This document shows, piece after piece, positions 45,433 to 45,721 of a stretch of 45,721 bases of DNA. Within the stretch, counting starts at the first letter, position 1. Every line of letters begins with the position of its first letter. The stretch spans positions 1 to 45,721 of the IMG/VR virus record IMGVR_UViG_3300030330_003185, one strand, 5' to 3'. Both the position numbers and the translations under genes were made by a program. The notes under the pieces are model-generated. The model made no database searches and was not told the origin of the DNA. It saw nothing but the letters and a program-made list of their open reading frames with translations. Source of the stretch: a virus (Duplodnaviria; Caudoviricetes).

Positions 45433-45721
45433 ATGGTTACTAGAAAGCGTTGCGGGCTGTGTAATCATGAAGACCGCGAAGCCTTGGAAGCAGGGCTTGA
45501 AAGTGGTGAATTAAACCCTGATATGCTCGACAGGGACAACGGATGGCGTAGCGGAACGACCGCACAACATCAAAGAAACCACATGGGAGATTACATCTTA
45601 TCATCTAATCCTCGTTGTGTTCTATGCACGGACCCATTGAGGAAACACTATGAAATGGCCCTTTCCGAAGGAACTGTTTCAAGTGAAGCGATTTCTGAGG
45701 CCCTAGGGACCACGAAAGCGC
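45433..45721 (+). CDS. zinc-finger/HTH repeat protein, partial (possible terminase small subunit)
   Basis: Manual translation MVTRKRCGLCNH...HQRNHM...RCVLCTD; duplicated CxxC unit. Confidence 0.55.
   Translation, partial: MVTRKRCGLCNHEDREALEAGLESGELNPDMLDRDNGWRSGTTAQHQRNHMGDYILSSNPRCVLCTDPLRKHYEMALSEGTVSSEAISEALGTTKA

Overview
A large part of the genome of a tailed dsDNA virus of archaea, most consistent with a magrovirus infecting Marine Group II Poseidoniales. This is inferred from gene content and GGTGA/GGAGG ribosome-binding sites; no database search was run. Positions 1-37.6 kb are almost all minus-strand. They carry a near-complete archaeal-type replisome: DEDD exonuclease, MCM-like helicase, ERCC4 nuclease, fused PriS-PriL primase, Cas4-like nuclease, split PolB, PCNA, Sak4/RecA-like ATPase, RPA, RFC small and large subunits, and ATP-dependent ligase. 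They also encode GroEL/GroES, TFB, PC4, two histone-fold proteins, class II RNR, a deaminase, MazG, UvrD and three tRNAs. The most striking item is an apparently complete virus-encoded ubiquitin-like pathway: JAB protease, ThiF/E1, a candidate E2-like protein, and a separately transcribed beta-grasp Ubl ending in GG-AI, a precursor that would need JAB cleavage. Positions 37.6-41.2 kb hold an origin-like non-coding region. It is followed by an array of promoter-gene-terminator cassettes bounded by six co-oriented ACCATATGG(T) palindromic repeats, and one cassette holds a ~290-nt structured ncRNA candidate. From 41.7 kb the plus strand carries eight tandem unrelated proteins sharing an N-terminal M[TSN]Wx[DN][IV][LIV][KR] tag.
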